DNA of 64,000 nucleotides from the human T2T-CHM13v2.0 reference genome, Homo sapiens. Positions within the stretch are counted from its first letter, which is position 1; every line of letters begins with the position of its first letter. Below the pieces are notes generated by a model. That model worked only from the letters and a program-made list of their open reading frames with translations, made no database searches and was not told the DNA's origin. Below are positions 27,751-43,105 of this stretch, one piece after another. Both the position numbers and the translations under genes were made by a program. The stretch is taken from the NCBI RefSeq assembly GCF_009914755.1, contig NC_060928.1, one strand, 5' to 3'.

Positions 27751-29797
27751 TCTATTGCTATGTTATGCCTATTGCATAATTAACTCAAACCATTTTAATT
27801 TAAATGGAGTCTTCTTCCAATGCATTTAATTTCTGCAACATGAAATTAATTTATGAGCATTTGCAGGATAAAAATCCAGGCTGCCCAGTAGGCTATATCC
27901 TCTAAGATGTCTGGGCTGAGGCATAAGCTGAGGGAAGTGCCATGCCCGTGTGATATCACCTGGGTTATTCACAACATGGTGTCCCCAAGACTGCAGTGAA
28001 TTTCTAGCCTCAAAGTGGAATTTCGAGCCTCATCTTGAAGAGGCCTAAGTGGGCCTCTGTTTCTTAATGCATGCAGTGAGGACACTTGCCACATTTAATT
28101 TATTATCCTCAAAAAGGCACATACATAGCCACAATATATATGCAGTTTCAATGAGAAAATGTAAAGTGAGTTAAAAATGTTACAAACACATACATGGTTA
28201 GAATTCATTTAGCAAGTTGGGGAGAATTATGTGACCTGGATCAAGTGTTCTCATTAGCTTGGGGTTAAGGATGGTGTAAATATGCATACAATGTAAAGCA
28301 AAATGAATATACATGTATGTGTTTTTTAACACAGACAGTAAGAGAAAGAGAAAGGAAGAGAGAAAGGAAGAGGGAGAGGGAGGTGATCACTTTGTAGGTG
28401 AAAGAAGCTATGCGACAACAACTTGCTGAAACTAACTTTAAAACCAAGTGGCATTGTAGTTGCTCTCAAGGGACTAAGAGGCACGGCAATCACAGATGGA
28501 GTGCAAAGCAGCATAAATCCCTTGAGATCTTGCAGGACCTGCTTTGGAATAGAAAAATGAACTTCACTGAATTTTTCTTTCTCTCTCCCCCTTCTATCTG
28601 CTCTAATAAATGTGCTTAGGTGCAGTGAAATTATTCCAAGACAGGCAACAGAGTGTAGAGAGATGAAAAATGAAGAGGACCATTGTTAATTAATAAATGG
28701 AAAATATACTCTGAGGATTGGCTTTGCATTTAAGATGCATATGGGGGAAAATCACAAGATTCCTAGTAAAATCTCAAAGTGTTAATGTCAGCCTTTTTTG
28801 GAAATTTATTTTGCTATCATAATTATTTTATTATTATTTACCTTATCAGAAAAGCAAAATAATATCCAATGACAGCACTATAAATAGGAGATTAAACAGA
28901 ATTTTGAAGTCTTTTACCAGCTAGCTAAACTATCTGAATGTATCCTAAGCTTACACACGACATTATTTCTATAAACAATAATTCACGAGGCTAATTTTGG
29001 TCTATAAGTTCCAATCGAGACAGATATGAGCATCAAGGAAAATGTCTTAACTGCCTAGCATAAATAACAAGTATTGCAGAATTGGGATTTGCTTTCAGAG
29101 CTTTGTTTTCTTTAGCAATCACTATAGTGATATATATGATATTCAGAGCATTAGGAAAGGAAACAAACTGCAATAAAATGAAAAGTGGACCCAGTAAGAA
29201 GGCTTAGAAATGTTTAATCTGAGTTCTAACACCAACTTGTCATGAGACACATTGACAAGTCATTTAAATTACCTCTGCCACTGTCTCTTAACATATAAAA
29301 TAAAGATATCTCTATTAAAAGGTCTCTAAGATTCTAAAATTATCTGATGCCCTCATTATTCTGATTTGAAAATGGAAAAAGCTTTCCCAACCAATGTGAC
29401 ATCACTGTGAAGTTAGCTACAAAGCGGGGCAGTGCATCATCTAATCTTACTTTCCACCATCTCTGAGTCATGAAGAGTGTCTGGCAAAGTAGCATAGTAT
29501 TAATATGAAGGACAAAACTGACAAGATGGGAATTGTAGTAAGTGGCTCACTGTAAAGCAAAGAATGGGAGAAATAATGGTCAATGATCTGATCAGGAACC
29601 AGTGTCACAAATGCAGCTCACTCTATGTTGAGAAAACTAACACCAGGTTGAAATTCACTGCATAAGCCCTCCCTGCTCAATGTCATTGTCTGAAACATCG
29701 TGAATATCCTTTGTCTAGGAAATTGAAAACATGTATTTACATAGTAATTATAGAGTAATAAAATAGACTAATCAACTACTAAGACTTGAATTAGAAG

Positions 29798-30020
29798 TAT
29801 GGTTTTCAGTGGGGTGGGGGGTGAGGGGCACTAGTTTCACCCTAGGGGACATTTGGTAACATCTGGAAGCATTTTTCATTGTCATGCAAGGAGGGTGGTA
29901 CTGGTATCTGGTGTGTAGATGCCAGGGGTGCTCTCAAATATCCCACAATTCACAGGCTAGCCCTGCGCAACAGTTATCCTTCTCAAAATGTCAGTAGTGC
30001 CCAAGGTCAGGAGATCTTGA
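29798..30020 (+). mobile_element. MER20 (hAT-Charlie)
   Basis: AGGGGACATTTGGTAACATCTGGA..TACTGGTATCTGGTGTGTAGATGCCAGGGGTGCT..CAAAATGTCAGTAGTGCC. Confidence 0.85.
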
Positions 30021-31002
30021 ATTAGGAGAACCTTCTCCAAAATCACCTGACCCAGAGTGCTCCTTCAAATGAGTGAACGTGTTAATTTCCTGACCCTTTA
30101 ATTAACAGGAAATAGTATACTATTTGCCCTCCTGTAATATTGGCCGTAAGTTAAAAATGAAGTTAAATAGTGAGACTAGTCCAAATACAATTAACGGGGA
30201 AACACATTGCTTTGTTTCTACATTGCTACTATGTCTCCCAGGCCCTTTCCAGACACTCCGATGAACTGCCCACCTTAAGAATTACTGATTTAGAGGCATG
30301 GAAGGTAAGGACACCGCATGCCATGCTGAGTGAAGTGCATTTGTCAGTCCATATATTATTCTTGTAACCTCCTTGTGTGTTTGCAGAACGCCTCTGCTAA
30401 GTGGAAAGGGTGCTGAAAGTAAATTGCGCAGTGATATTTGCTGATGGCATGAACCTTATAGCACAGGAGCAAATTTCCTTTCCAGAAAGGCTTGTTGTTC
30501 AGTGTTTGCAGACGCCAGGTTATTCACATTTTCCAGGAACACTGATAACAATGCATGGGTAATGAGATCAACATAAAACTTGAGTGGGAGAGAAATTCAG
30601 ATGGCCCAATCTTCTAATAATTACCCCAGGTTTGTATCCAAGGCAACACTAAGATTTCTGACATTTAATCTCATATTATACAAGACAAAAAGGATTCTTC
30701 CATCCTAAAGTAGAAATTTAAAATAGTATATTTTTAGTTACACAAATATTGAGTTCCTTAGATTATCTAAATTCCATCACAAAATAAAACAAGACTCATA
30801 AATATGTCAATACAAACTCCAGGGATATAGACACGTCCAACAATATTTAAAGTAACGTACAATTTTGTTCATGGTAATTTTAGTTTTAAAGAGTCCTTTG
30901 GAGTTTACTTAAAATAAAGAATAGATGTGAGGCCCAAAGAAAGGCATGTGGTTACGCCTGGTGCCATGATTACCTCTAATCTGTAAGGTGGAAGTTCTTG
31001 GA

Positions 31003-31163
31003 ACAGCGGGTCCCAGCCCTGGCTGTGCAGTAGAATCAGCCAGGGAGGTTTTACAAAATACCCATGCCTCCAGCTCTAGCACCAAGATTCTGATTTAATT
31101 GGTGTGCAGTACAGCCCAGGCAGGGGTATTTTTTAAAAACCCTCTAGGTGATTATAATATACA
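31003..31163. mobile_element. MER5A1-like (hAT-Charlie)
   Basis: CCTGGCTGTGCAGTAGAATCA..GATTCTGATTTAATTGGT..AGGTGATTATAAT..GGGTTGAAAGCCACTG. Confidence 0.8.
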
Positions 31164-31783
31164 GCTGGGGTTGAAAGCCACTGGCAAACAGAAACTTTTC
31201 TAACTAGAGTGTTTTACAGTATCATGAGGCTGTTAATGGAATGCGACTTTTTTCTCTCTCTATTAATGATCTTCTGCCAGCCATTCAGGAAAAAAAAAAT
31301 GGTTTCTGCTTCGATATATGTCATGTGTATAGACCAGCTTTGAAGAAACATTATCTCTTAATTAGATTCTAACCTTCGGTCCTGCTGTTTCCCTACGCAA
31401 AAGGCAATGAATAAAGGGCAAGGGAGAAGGAAAAAGCTAAAGATGCAAGGGTTAAAAACCACATAAATCTTTACCTGTGGGTCAATATTTTGAGAAGTGG
31501 TCAACAACATTAGTGAAAGACTTACAAATAAAGATTGTTTGCAATAGTTGCTTATACTTTCTCTTCTAGAATGTAGTGTAAGTGTATTTTAAGCCACTTT
31601 AAGCCTTCTGTACAATGAGGAATTCATAATGGTTTTATGATCCAAGGGTGAAGTACATTTTAAATTCAAATATAGACAGAATGGAAAACTCCTAGTTTCT
31701 CTTATCATCAATACATTGTCAGTTAATATGGAAAACCCAGTGGTCAAAGTAATTGTAATAACAAACCTCCAGGGACTGCATGA

Positions 31784-32263
<480 letters not shown>

Positions 32264-34482
32264 AATGCTTATTTTTACTACTCTAATGAGAATAATTATT
32301 TTTGTTCTAAAGACAATAATATGGATGCAAAGGGCTCCACTTTAAAAGTGTCAGTGGTGTTTGTATGACAGGTAATGAGGCAATTTGGCAGAACATCAGA
32401 AACTAATTGAGCTCAGCTCACATCAGTGAGGCTTGTTCAGCTGAGGCTGTGCTTCCTAAAAAGAACAGTGGAATTAAATGAGACAATGTGACATGTACAA
32501 TTTTAATTGGAAGCTCTAATTTAAAATATTTAAAAGCATGTTTAAAACAATTTGTGAATCCATACAGATGCTTCCTTCCCCAACTAATTAAGAATATTCA
32601 GTGGGTCATATAATGTCTGGATGTCAAAAATATGAATTATTGACGTCCCTGCACACATAAGTATACTTGCACCTTTAGGCAAGATCAAATTTAGTTTAAC
32701 AGAGGGAAATGGGAAAGAAACAATCCTCGAGACTGCAGAAGGGTAGGTGATTTTTAATGTGATATTTTGAAAACCATTGCAAGAATCATTAAATTGCACA
32801 CCTATTTTGCAAAACTGAAATTATATTTAAGCATATTTCAAAATAAGTAATACAAGTAAAACTGGAAATGTAATTTGGAGGTGTTGCAATACATTGCTAT
32901 TTTGATTTGTTTAGGGTGCTATTGCTCCCCTTTTCATTTGTTGTTTTGTTCTGGGTCTACATAGTAAGACATGATTCTAAAGACAGCAATTTAATAACCC
33001 TGAAATCCTTACTATTTCTGATATTGCTTTAAATCTGTGACCATTGAGCATTTAGGAATTCTTTCTATGCTGACTTTTTAAAAAGAGAATTTAAGGAAAA
33101 AAGAAAAATAATAAATGTTCAATTTTCCTGCTAACATATTCATAATTCAGTAATAAACCATTCGTAAAAAAATAAACTTGTAAAATATGATACCTGCTAA
33201 CTGAAAGTGTAATCATGTAATCACAGCATATTAATGACTTAGAATGACACTAAAACAACCTTTCTAAAACTGTACCAGCATATCTACTAGTTATTCCGGC
33301 AGGCTTAAATGATTTCTTAAGAAAAATTTTATGAATTGAAATGTTTAGTCACATTTTATCATACAATAGTAAATGATATTAACAATGAATAGAGAACAAG
33401 ATGTTTTTACCATTTTTTAATTTACCTTTTTAATACCATCATAGATTTTCAACTGTTAACAAATGTAATAGAACAGGCTTATGTAACACTAAAAACAGAA
33501 GATGTCTTAGAAAAGAAGCAGTGCTTAATAAGTGAAAAAATATTTGGAGAATAGGTAAGAAAGTCAATTGCAATACAAGTAGCAGAATTGAGATGCGGAG
33601 AAATGGTTGATATGGAAAAGGCAAAGATAAGAAGTCATTAGCTGGGGTCTGGAAAAGTGAATTAAGGAGACTACAAAATAATGGGAGAAAAATAGGACCT
33701 GAAAACTGACAAATTTTAAGTGAAACATTTGTCTCAAAGCTAGTGTCTTGTCTCTTTGCTCTAAAAACTGCAACAATTTCTTACATTATTTTTACATTAT
33801 ATGTTATCCAGGGTCTTTAAACTATCTTGCGGAAATGCAGAATGAAGGCAAACCTGAGTAAAAATGCTGTCCTCAAAGAATAAGACTGAAATCTTATCAA
33901 CTATATAGATAGACATACATGTATATATGTACATACACATATCACACACAATACACATGCCAGACAGACATCAGGCATGCACACCTACATTGGACATAGA
34001 TACATACTGTATGCGTACACCTGCATACATACGTAACATACATATGCATATGGAAGCATCAAATATGTCCAAACATCCTGAAGACAGGCACACTGGCTCC
34101 AGCTTTTCTACCTCATGTCCTGGTTCTAAACAGTAAAAGAAGTCACTCCACTGATTTAGTCTTTATTCTTTTTGTAAATATAGAGGCTATGCTTAGGCAC
34201 TGTATGTATCAGCAGACTTGAAAACTAGCCCATTTTATTTCTCCACAAAATATAGCCTACTGTTCTCCCATCCTCAAAAGGAAATGACCAATCCCTACCA
34301 GGTTTTAGACTGTTTTTCCAGGTAAGTAGCATGAAAACAGGCAGCACTGTTACCTGCGTGGTTTTTATATTAGCACCGTGTTTTAGAATTAGCCCAGATC
34401 CAGGTAATTTTGAAAACAAGTCGACTGGAACTCAGAAAAAACTTCCCTTAACATAAAGTGCTTAATATTTCTTTAATAACTC

Positions 34483-34625
34483 AAATATTTTACATATATT
34501 CATATATTTCAAATATATTTCATATATTCATATATTTCAAATATTCATATATTCATATATTCATATATTTCTCATATATCATATATTTTTCGTATATTCA
34601 TATATTATATACTCATATATTCAAT
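34483..34625. repeat. Degenerate (TTCATATA)n AT-rich tandem repeat
   Basis: Repeated TTCATATA/TTCAAATA units. Confidence 0.85.
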
Positions 34626-36566
34626 CATTACATCTGTTAATCACCTGCACTATTGCCCGTAGTAAAAAAAAACAAATTTAAAGGATAACTGTTTCCTTTT
34701 GTGAAGTAGCTTCCAGCCTTCTTTAATGTTTTATAAATAACTATTATTGCATATAACAGTACTCATTTTAAAATAAATTGTATCTAACCAGCATACTTCA
34801 CTGTAAGGATTCAGAGGATGTAAATAAATGTTGGAAGCGAACCCCTAAATGTATGGACCACTTGCCTGTTATGGTTCCTTATGAGAAATTGCATATCGTT
34901 TTCTAAGACAACAAAATCACCTGTTTTACTACTATACAAATTCTCACCATCTGTGTGACTCTCAAACTGATGATACCCTTGTATATATGTATTTATGTAG
35001 TTGTTTTTGTGTAAATATATAACGTTTACTTTTACAGATATTATGAAACTTCGAAATACCAGCTGTCTGGTTTTTGTGGTTCAAAGTGATTCAAGAAATT
35101 GAAATCAAACGTGGTATGATGATTTCTTGGTAAATGCTGTTTCACTATCACATTCTGATATGTTTCAATATGTTCTTATCCGCAAAATGTGCTTTTAAAG
35201 TCAGATAAACATAATTCTTCTGTATGTTAAGGGGCTTGTGATTCAGGTATGGGGAAAGGGAAAAATGCCGTAATTGGAAGTTTCTCGCAAAACTGTTTGC
35301 TAGTGTAGTTCCACAGAGTCAACCGTATATTCTTGAGAGGAATCATGCAAACTGTATTATCAATAGTATTTGTTTCCCATAAAAATAATTATGTAATCCC
35401 TAAGTGTTTCATTTTTATGAAGTAGAAATACCTATGTTAAAATCTCTTAGGTTTTGACACTCCTCAAAGCATACTTTGTAGTTCTTCCTAGACTCAACAC
35501 TACCAATTAAATCATAAACTCCCAAACATGACTTGTTTTTTAGTTTTTCTAAAGATGTATAGATAGACAATGCTTCAGACCTGTTTATTATATATTTATA
35601 AACACATATTTCTGAAAGCTTATTATTGAAAATCAATCATCAAATTTTTATGTAAAATATGTATTTTATAAAGTTAGGATACACAATTTTATGATGTGAG
35701 TTCATTTTCTTACAACCTATTATAATTCAGCCAGATATGCTGTTTCCTTACTTTTGCATTTAAACTACTAGTTTAATTTTTCTAAATTGAAGACAAATGT
35801 GCTATTTTAAATGCGCAAATGAAACTGTTAGCCTTCAGCCAAAAATTCTCAGGAGCCAATAGGAACCCAGATCAGCTAGCATTTACTCGTAGGATACACT
35901 GGTTAAAGCTGACGTGATTTAAAAATATAATGAAGATATTTTAACTACATCAGAACTATTTCATTACAAACTCAAAAACTTGTGGTGACTAGCTGCAGAT
36001 TTATGACAGTATATAAATACAACCCCAACTTGGCAAATACTAACTTTTCCAGCAAAGTCATCGGTGTTAGAGACTATAAAGTGTTTCCAGTGAAAGATGA
36101 TTTGTGTCAGCTAAAACTGTAGCCTGGAGCTACACTTGATATGTTATTACTTTAATCTAGTTATTGCAGCCTTGAAGTGTGTGTTAGCAAGTCCAGGGAA
36201 GAAATGTCAAAAGCTCAACCTAGCCTGATTATTAAACATTTCTCGGAATAGCCACACACACATACACACAAAGCTCATATATTCCTCATTTAGTTGTTTA
36301 TTTTGCAATATATTGACTTTGTATTTGTGAATTAATATTATCGAATATACAAGAATGTTTGGAATTGACCATAGTGTAATACAGACTTTCATAATTGAGC
36401 CTTTGAGATTTTATCCATACATATGCCAGTAAAGTGATAGTTATATAGATTAACTTTTTCAATCAAATACACCCAACGCACTAAAATGAGAAGAAATATA
36501 ACATTATTCTGATGGCCTGTGCTGTGGATTGCTAATTATAAAACTACTCTTCTTTACATAAATGTT

Positions 36567-36568
<2 letters not shown>

Positions 36569-36604
<36 letters not shown>
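36569..36604. repeat. (TA)n microsatellite
   Basis: About 18 TA units. Confidence 0.97.
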
Positions 36605-36607
<3 letters not shown>

Positions 36608-38592
36608 GCAGATAATTCTAAGAAAAATGTTTTAAAATGCATCCATAACAAAATGGTGAAATATCATAGGTGACTATTAGAAATGATAGTCACTGATATT
36701 TCTCTATTTTGTTATGGCTGCATTTTATAATAATATGAAATGATAGTCATATACTATCATATTTTAATAATAAAATATTATAAGGAAGTCTGGTATTTTT
36801 TAAAGTTTAGTATTATTTTAGCAACTAAATGTGAGTTTATCCTTGTTCTGCTGATAAAGGGAAAGAAATTCATAATGTTTAGATATTTCTATCATAACTT
36901 AAGAATGCATTCATTTAAAAATTCATAAAGGATAGGGAAATCTTGTTTAATGTTTGAATTATAAATGGCATAATATATTTCCTATTTGTGCTGTATTTTT
37001 GCTCAAGGTATTATTAAATGATTTTAAGTTTCACTTAATAAAAATTAATTATAATAGCTAAGTTATTTTAAACCAGTTGTATTTTTAACTCTGAAAAATA
37101 ATTTGCTATTTTGAAAAAATCATCCAAATTAGAAAAGAATAAACCTAGTTTGCATATGCAAATATGTTGATATATTAATTTCATTATATTTCTGTACATA
37201 TAGCATTTTATATTATAAAATAAACTGAACATTTTTCGTAAGAAACAAGTAATTAAATATATTATAAATTAATGTTCAAATAAAATTCAAATGTAAATGC
37301 ATTGACTCTCATAAGCACTTTGTCAACTATACATAGTTATTATATCATGCTAAAGTTACAGTTAAGGTGATAATTGTCTCATTCTGAGATTTTAGTCTGA
37401 TGGTTATTATATTAATACACTAGTAAGCAAGAAGGCTTATGGAATCATAATTATACAAATATATTAACACAGAAGGTTTAATGTAAGATATTAAACATTT
37501 AACAAATAATGCTTATATATGAAAAATTAAACAATGAATAAAATTACATATAACTTAAGAACATGTAGAGTATTAATTATTACATGCATATCCTTGAGAA
37601 AATAAAATAGTATGTCTATCTGAAAAATCCCACATGGTACTTTTGAGCTGTACTGTTATATTTAGCATGATAAGTAAATAACATTTTCATTTAAATGAAG
37701 AAAAGAAACTTTGCAGCGATAAATATGTTTGGGAGCAATGGAATGACAGAATAGTCATGAACATTACTGCCTACACGATTCTTAGTTAATTTATTCTCAC
37801 TCTTTCTATTATAGTCAATAACAAAAAAAATGTTTAAGCCTACCTATCAACTGCTTCATGAAGGGTTCGTTACATACTTAGCGTTCTGCTGTTCCATATT
37901 TTATGCGTAGCAAGGATTCTATGAGGTACTCTAACCTGAGGGGAGACACCTGGTGGGTTTAATTAGATTGCATCTGGCAGTAATTAGAAGCAAAGTGTAA
38001 AAGTTGAAGCATCTGTAATAGTTCAGGTGACTTCAATTTTTGCATTGAGACAATCCAGGAGAAAAGATTCCTGACCCTGGGAAGACGAAGAACTCATAGA
38101 AAGATTTTGAGTACAGAGAGATCCAAACAATGAATTAAGAACTTTAAACAGTATTTATCAACCAAAAGGGTTCTGCAGTGATTAAAATCCATGGGAAGCA
38201 AGATTAACTCTACTAGCAAACATTTTGAGAATTCCTTTATAAGGTTGGATGCTGCCTGGGTAGATGGGGAGTTGGGAGGGGATGGTGCGCATCTGGGAAA
38301 AGACTATTTTTGAATTTTGTTTTCTTCAATGCTAGCTACTTAAATAAGCACCAAGAACAAGTCAGAATTTAGAGTGCCCCATCCACCTTAATCATATTAG
38401 ATGTGCCATTGCTGAACTTTGTAGCGGCATCTGTTGACACAGAGCAGAAATTTAAATGTTATATGCATACAACCTTTTGATATCAGGGAGAGTCTGCGTC
38501 ATATATAAATTCTGTAATGATCTGGTGCAGTTCACAGCATTTGGGGGAAGTTCAGGGTAGATAAAATGTAGAGGTCTGGGGTTTGCTTTGTT

Positions 38593-38735
38593 TATATATA
38601 TATATATTTTGGTGTTTGTAGAGATGGGGTCTCACTATGTTGTCCAGGCTGATCTCCAACTTCTGGCATCAAGTGATTCTCCCACCTCAGTCTCCCAAAG
38701 TGCTGGGATTACAGGTGTGAGGCACCTCACGTGGA
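38593..38735 (-). mobile_element. FLAM/AluJ left monomer with a (TA)n tail
   Basis: GTAGAGATGGGGTCTCACTATGTTGTCCAGGCTG..CCCAAAGTGCTGGGATTACAGGTGTGAG. Confidence 0.85.
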
Positions 38736-39031
38736 CCTTTAATTTTTAAAATATTCTTACTCATATCTTAAGCAATAATAAAATGTCTAAGTGGCTTTTT
38801 CCCCACATCATTCTTGCCTTTGCTAACTCTTGATTTACATTCTGATGTGAAATTGTTATTCCTATCAAATGGACCTGTTGAGATGGGCATGGTAATTTGG
38901 TTTCTTTGTTGTTACTATTACTTTATATTTGAGTAGGCATGTGTTAGATCCCTTTGAGTGAAAAGTTCTGATATACTAAATGAGAAAGCATCATTATCAT
39001 CATCAACATCTTTCTCTCTCTTTCTTTCTCT

Positions 39032-39034
<3 letters not shown>

Positions 39035-39069
<35 letters not shown>
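39035..39069. repeat. (CA)n microsatellite
   Basis: About 17 CA units. Confidence 0.97.
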
Positions 39070-39072
<3 letters not shown>

Positions 39073-39407
39073 AAGACTGCTTGTACTATCTTGTTTACAT
39101 ATGAATTATTTCTAAAGCCAATAATGTTCAAATAAAATCACTTTTTCTACATATGTAGTTGGAATTTCCCTCCAACAACAACCTTTTATAGATGACTCAA
39201 ATTTTACCAAATCAAATCCTTTAATGAAATATCCCATGTATTAATGTTCCTGTAGATCAGTCATGTATAGCTCAAAAGATCACTCGATTTGTTTGCATTC
39301 TAGATTATTTCAGAAAACGTTGGAAGGAATTTTGTAGAATGAAAATTAATGTAATAATCTGAGCATTTCCATGAATCCAAAACATGACACAAGTCAAAGT
39401 TCCCTAG

Positions 39408-39607
39408 ATCAGCACCATCTAATTGGCGTTCTGCAATAATAGGAATATTCCCTAGCACTGTCCAGTATGGTATCCACTTGCCCTGTGTAGACGTTGACCA
39501 CTTGAAATGCAGCTAGTGTGACTAAAGAACTGTATTTGTGGTTTTATTTCATTTTGACTAATTAGAACTTAAATAGCTACATGTGGCTAGTGGCTATCAT
39601 ATTGGCA
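39408..39607. mobile_element. MER3 (hAT-Charlie)
   Basis: CACTGTCCAGTATGGTA..CACTTGAAATGCAGCTAGTGTGACTAAAGAACTG..AAATAGCTACATGTGGCTAGTGGCTATCATATTGG. Confidence 0.85.
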
Positions 39608-40422
39608 AAGGACCTAATCCTTGATTTGAATATTACAAAGTAGACCCTGATGCAAGCACCTGGTGGTGCCTCAGAATCATAAAGGAAGTCAGAGTATCAT
39701 GGGATCATTGTTTGTTCCATGCCTGTGTATCTTCTTTACTTTTTTCATTTTCATTCTAAGCCCCTGAAAACAGGAGCAAGGCCTCATCATTTTTTGTGCA
39801 TTCAATAAATACTGTCTAAATTGAATTTTTTAAAGTTGGATGAAAAAGAGGATATTCAGAGGAAAATGTGTTGCTTGGATAATAAAGAGCATAGAGTGGA
39901 AAAAAATGACAGAAATGCAGAGTAATTCAGAACAATAAGAAGCAAGGTTTGCAAGGCCAGAGGTTTTTCGGAGTGGTTTCTTTTTATCACAAAGTGAGAG
40001 AATTTGCATCCTGCCATGCCCTTGTAACAGAAGAAGGCAGGAGGATTTGCACAGTGGAGAAGTCTGAGTTTGGGATCAGTGTCAGGCATAGTGGCACACG
40101 GCAGCTATGCCTGGAGAGCCAAGCAGAGGGTTTCTCAGAACCCAGCCCTGCCCCCGCCCGGCTCCTCGCCTGGGCTGGAGTGGGAGGTAGACACACTACC
40201 TGGAAAGGCCTGGCTTGCTCCTCGGGTTTTTGAAACTACGCCTGGTTGACACGCAAGGAAAGTCTGAACCCATTCTGGGTAATGTTTTGGAGAATAAAAA
40301 AATATACTGTAATTTAGATCACTAGTAGCCTTTATTATTTTTATCATTATGGTTTTTATTTTGCTGGTTTTTACAAGCTACAAGCGATGCTTTACAGATT
40401 TTTTTAAAAGATTAAAAAATAA

Positions 40423-40724
<302 letters not shown>

Positions 40725-40749
40725 TTAAAAAATAAAACTAAACCTCATA

Positions 40750-40960
40750 TATTTTGAGCACGTACTACCTGCCAATCACTATGCTTAATGTTTGTAAAGG
40801 ATTGGCTCCTGTCATCCACAAAAGAACCCAGTATGTGGGGACTCCTATGTCCCTCTTGTGATAAATGAGAAAACTGTAGCTGACAGGTTTTAAATAACTT
40901 GCCCACATCTACTCGGTGAAGAACCAGCGCCCAGGTTGTCTTGACTCCAGCAAGTGGGCA
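40750..40960 (-). mobile_element. MIR
   Basis: ATTTTGAGCACGTACTACCTGCCA..ATGAGAAAACTGTAG..AATAACTTGCCCA. Confidence 0.65.
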
Positions 40961-41689
40961 CAATTACGATGCTATTCTGTTTCTCAAAGGAGGAGACTTG
41001 GCTTAGATTGCCATTTTACAGAGCAAAGTTGTGGTTTTCATTTGACCACATGTGGAGTCAGAGTCTGAATTTGAAAAATAAGCTAAAGGAACCTTTTTAA
41101 AAAACTATAATTTCTTTAAGAAATCTGTGCATTGGAACCCATGCTATATCACTTGGCTTGATCCTGTCACTCTTCTTTTGAAACAGCTTCATTTCAAATC
41201 ACAGATCTGATGTGTCTACAGAATCCTCTGGGATGGCACACACATTCGAAACAGCAAGTTTGTCATTAAACTCTAGCTAACTGTCCTTAATTCTCAGATT
41301 TTGCTTGAAAAAATAGTACTGACCTTTACTGCTAAATTTGGAAAGAGTATTAAAATAAAGATTGACTTGTTTCATGAAAGGTATTTTAAATTAAAAAAAT
41401 CTTAAAGCATAAATTAGGGATATCCTGCTTCTCCATTCAGTCACGCTATACCTAGGCCATCCGTCCATCACCTTAGAAAATAAAGTCCATTGGAAGAGTG
41501 GAAAGTACAATATCCCAGGTGGTGCGAGGGTTCAGCCATCACCAAATGCACATTCTGACGTTCCACTGTCAGAGAAGCTCATTACTTAATCAAACTGCAC
41601 CAAAAGTTGCATTTTTATTTTATTTTTCTGATCAATCGCAAGCCTCCTACTTAAAAGTTGTGAAATAGCTTATCAAGTCGTATAATTAT

Positions 41690-41850
41690 GCTCCTAAGAA
41701 ATGGAAGATTTCTTTAGATCATCCTGTCCAGTTTTCTCATTTTGCAGATGCCAAAGAAGTGGAGACTCAAAGAGGTGAAGCAACAGAGCTCGCAGGCAGG
41801 TGCCAGGATCAGGACTGGAACTGAGTCCTGAGCCTGGACTCTCACTTTGC
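41690..41850 (-). mobile_element. MIR3-like fragment
   Basis: GATCATCCTGTCCAGTTTTCTCATTTTGCAGATG..AGAGGTGAAG..CCAGGATCAGGACTGGAACTGAGTCCTGA. Confidence 0.55.
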
Positions 41851-42075
41851 GGGGCAAGGGTGTGGTCTCTGTCTCCCCCTGAAGCTTTTCCCAAGTGATT
41901 TCTCTCTTCTGTGGGGTACTATTTCCTTGAATGTGGTTAGGATTTTAAAAAAGGATTCCCAAGAATTCTAATTGTCTAAATTGTTTCTAAAATGTAAAAT
42001 GTTAAAATCATTAAATTATAATATTTAAAGTTAAAATGTATTTTTATTTTTGAAAACTATTTTAAAGATTTTCTT

Positions 42076-42405
<330 letters not shown>

Positions 42406-42791
42406 TTATAATGGAGCTAATCATCTTGTAGTATTTTTCACAAAATTTAATTTGACAATGTGTGGCCTGATTCACTGATTTAAAAGCATTTTAAAAGTTT
42501 GGCCAATTTAATGACTGAAAAAATAATGATATTTATTTAAACATGTAAATTCTTTACACTTTTTGAAGTATTGCTTCATGCAGAGATTTTAAAGTGTTTC
42601 AGATAATCTGCGTTTGGTTACCCCAATAAAAAACGAATTTATTGGAGTAAAAAAAAAGTTTTTTCTATCATTGTTAAATAATTAGAATATTACTCTTCCT
42701 CCAGAGTTTATCACAAGGAAATATATTGCAAACTATCAAAATAAGGTTGATAGCAGAGATCATTGCACATCAGTAAGATTTACTGCCCTGT

Positions 42792-43105
42792 CTTTCTTTC
42801 TTCTTCTTTTTTTTTTTTTTTTTTTGAGACGCAGTCTCGCTCTGTTGACCAGGCTAGAGTGCAGTGGCATAATCTCTGTTCACTGCAACCTCTGCCTCCC
42901 AAGTTCAAGTGATTCTCCTGCCTCAGACTAATGAGAAGCTGTATTACAGGCAAGTGTCACCACACCCAGCTAATTTTTGTATTTTTAGTAGAGACAGGGT
43001 TTCACCATGTTGACCAAGCTGGTCTGAAACTCCTGACCTCAAGTGACCCACCCCCGCTCAGCCTCCTGAAGTGCTGGGATTATAGGCCTGAGCTACAAGA
43101 CCCTG
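42792..43105 (-). mobile_element. AluS (diverged)
   Basis: Poly-T tail followed by an antisense Alu body. Confidence 0.93.
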
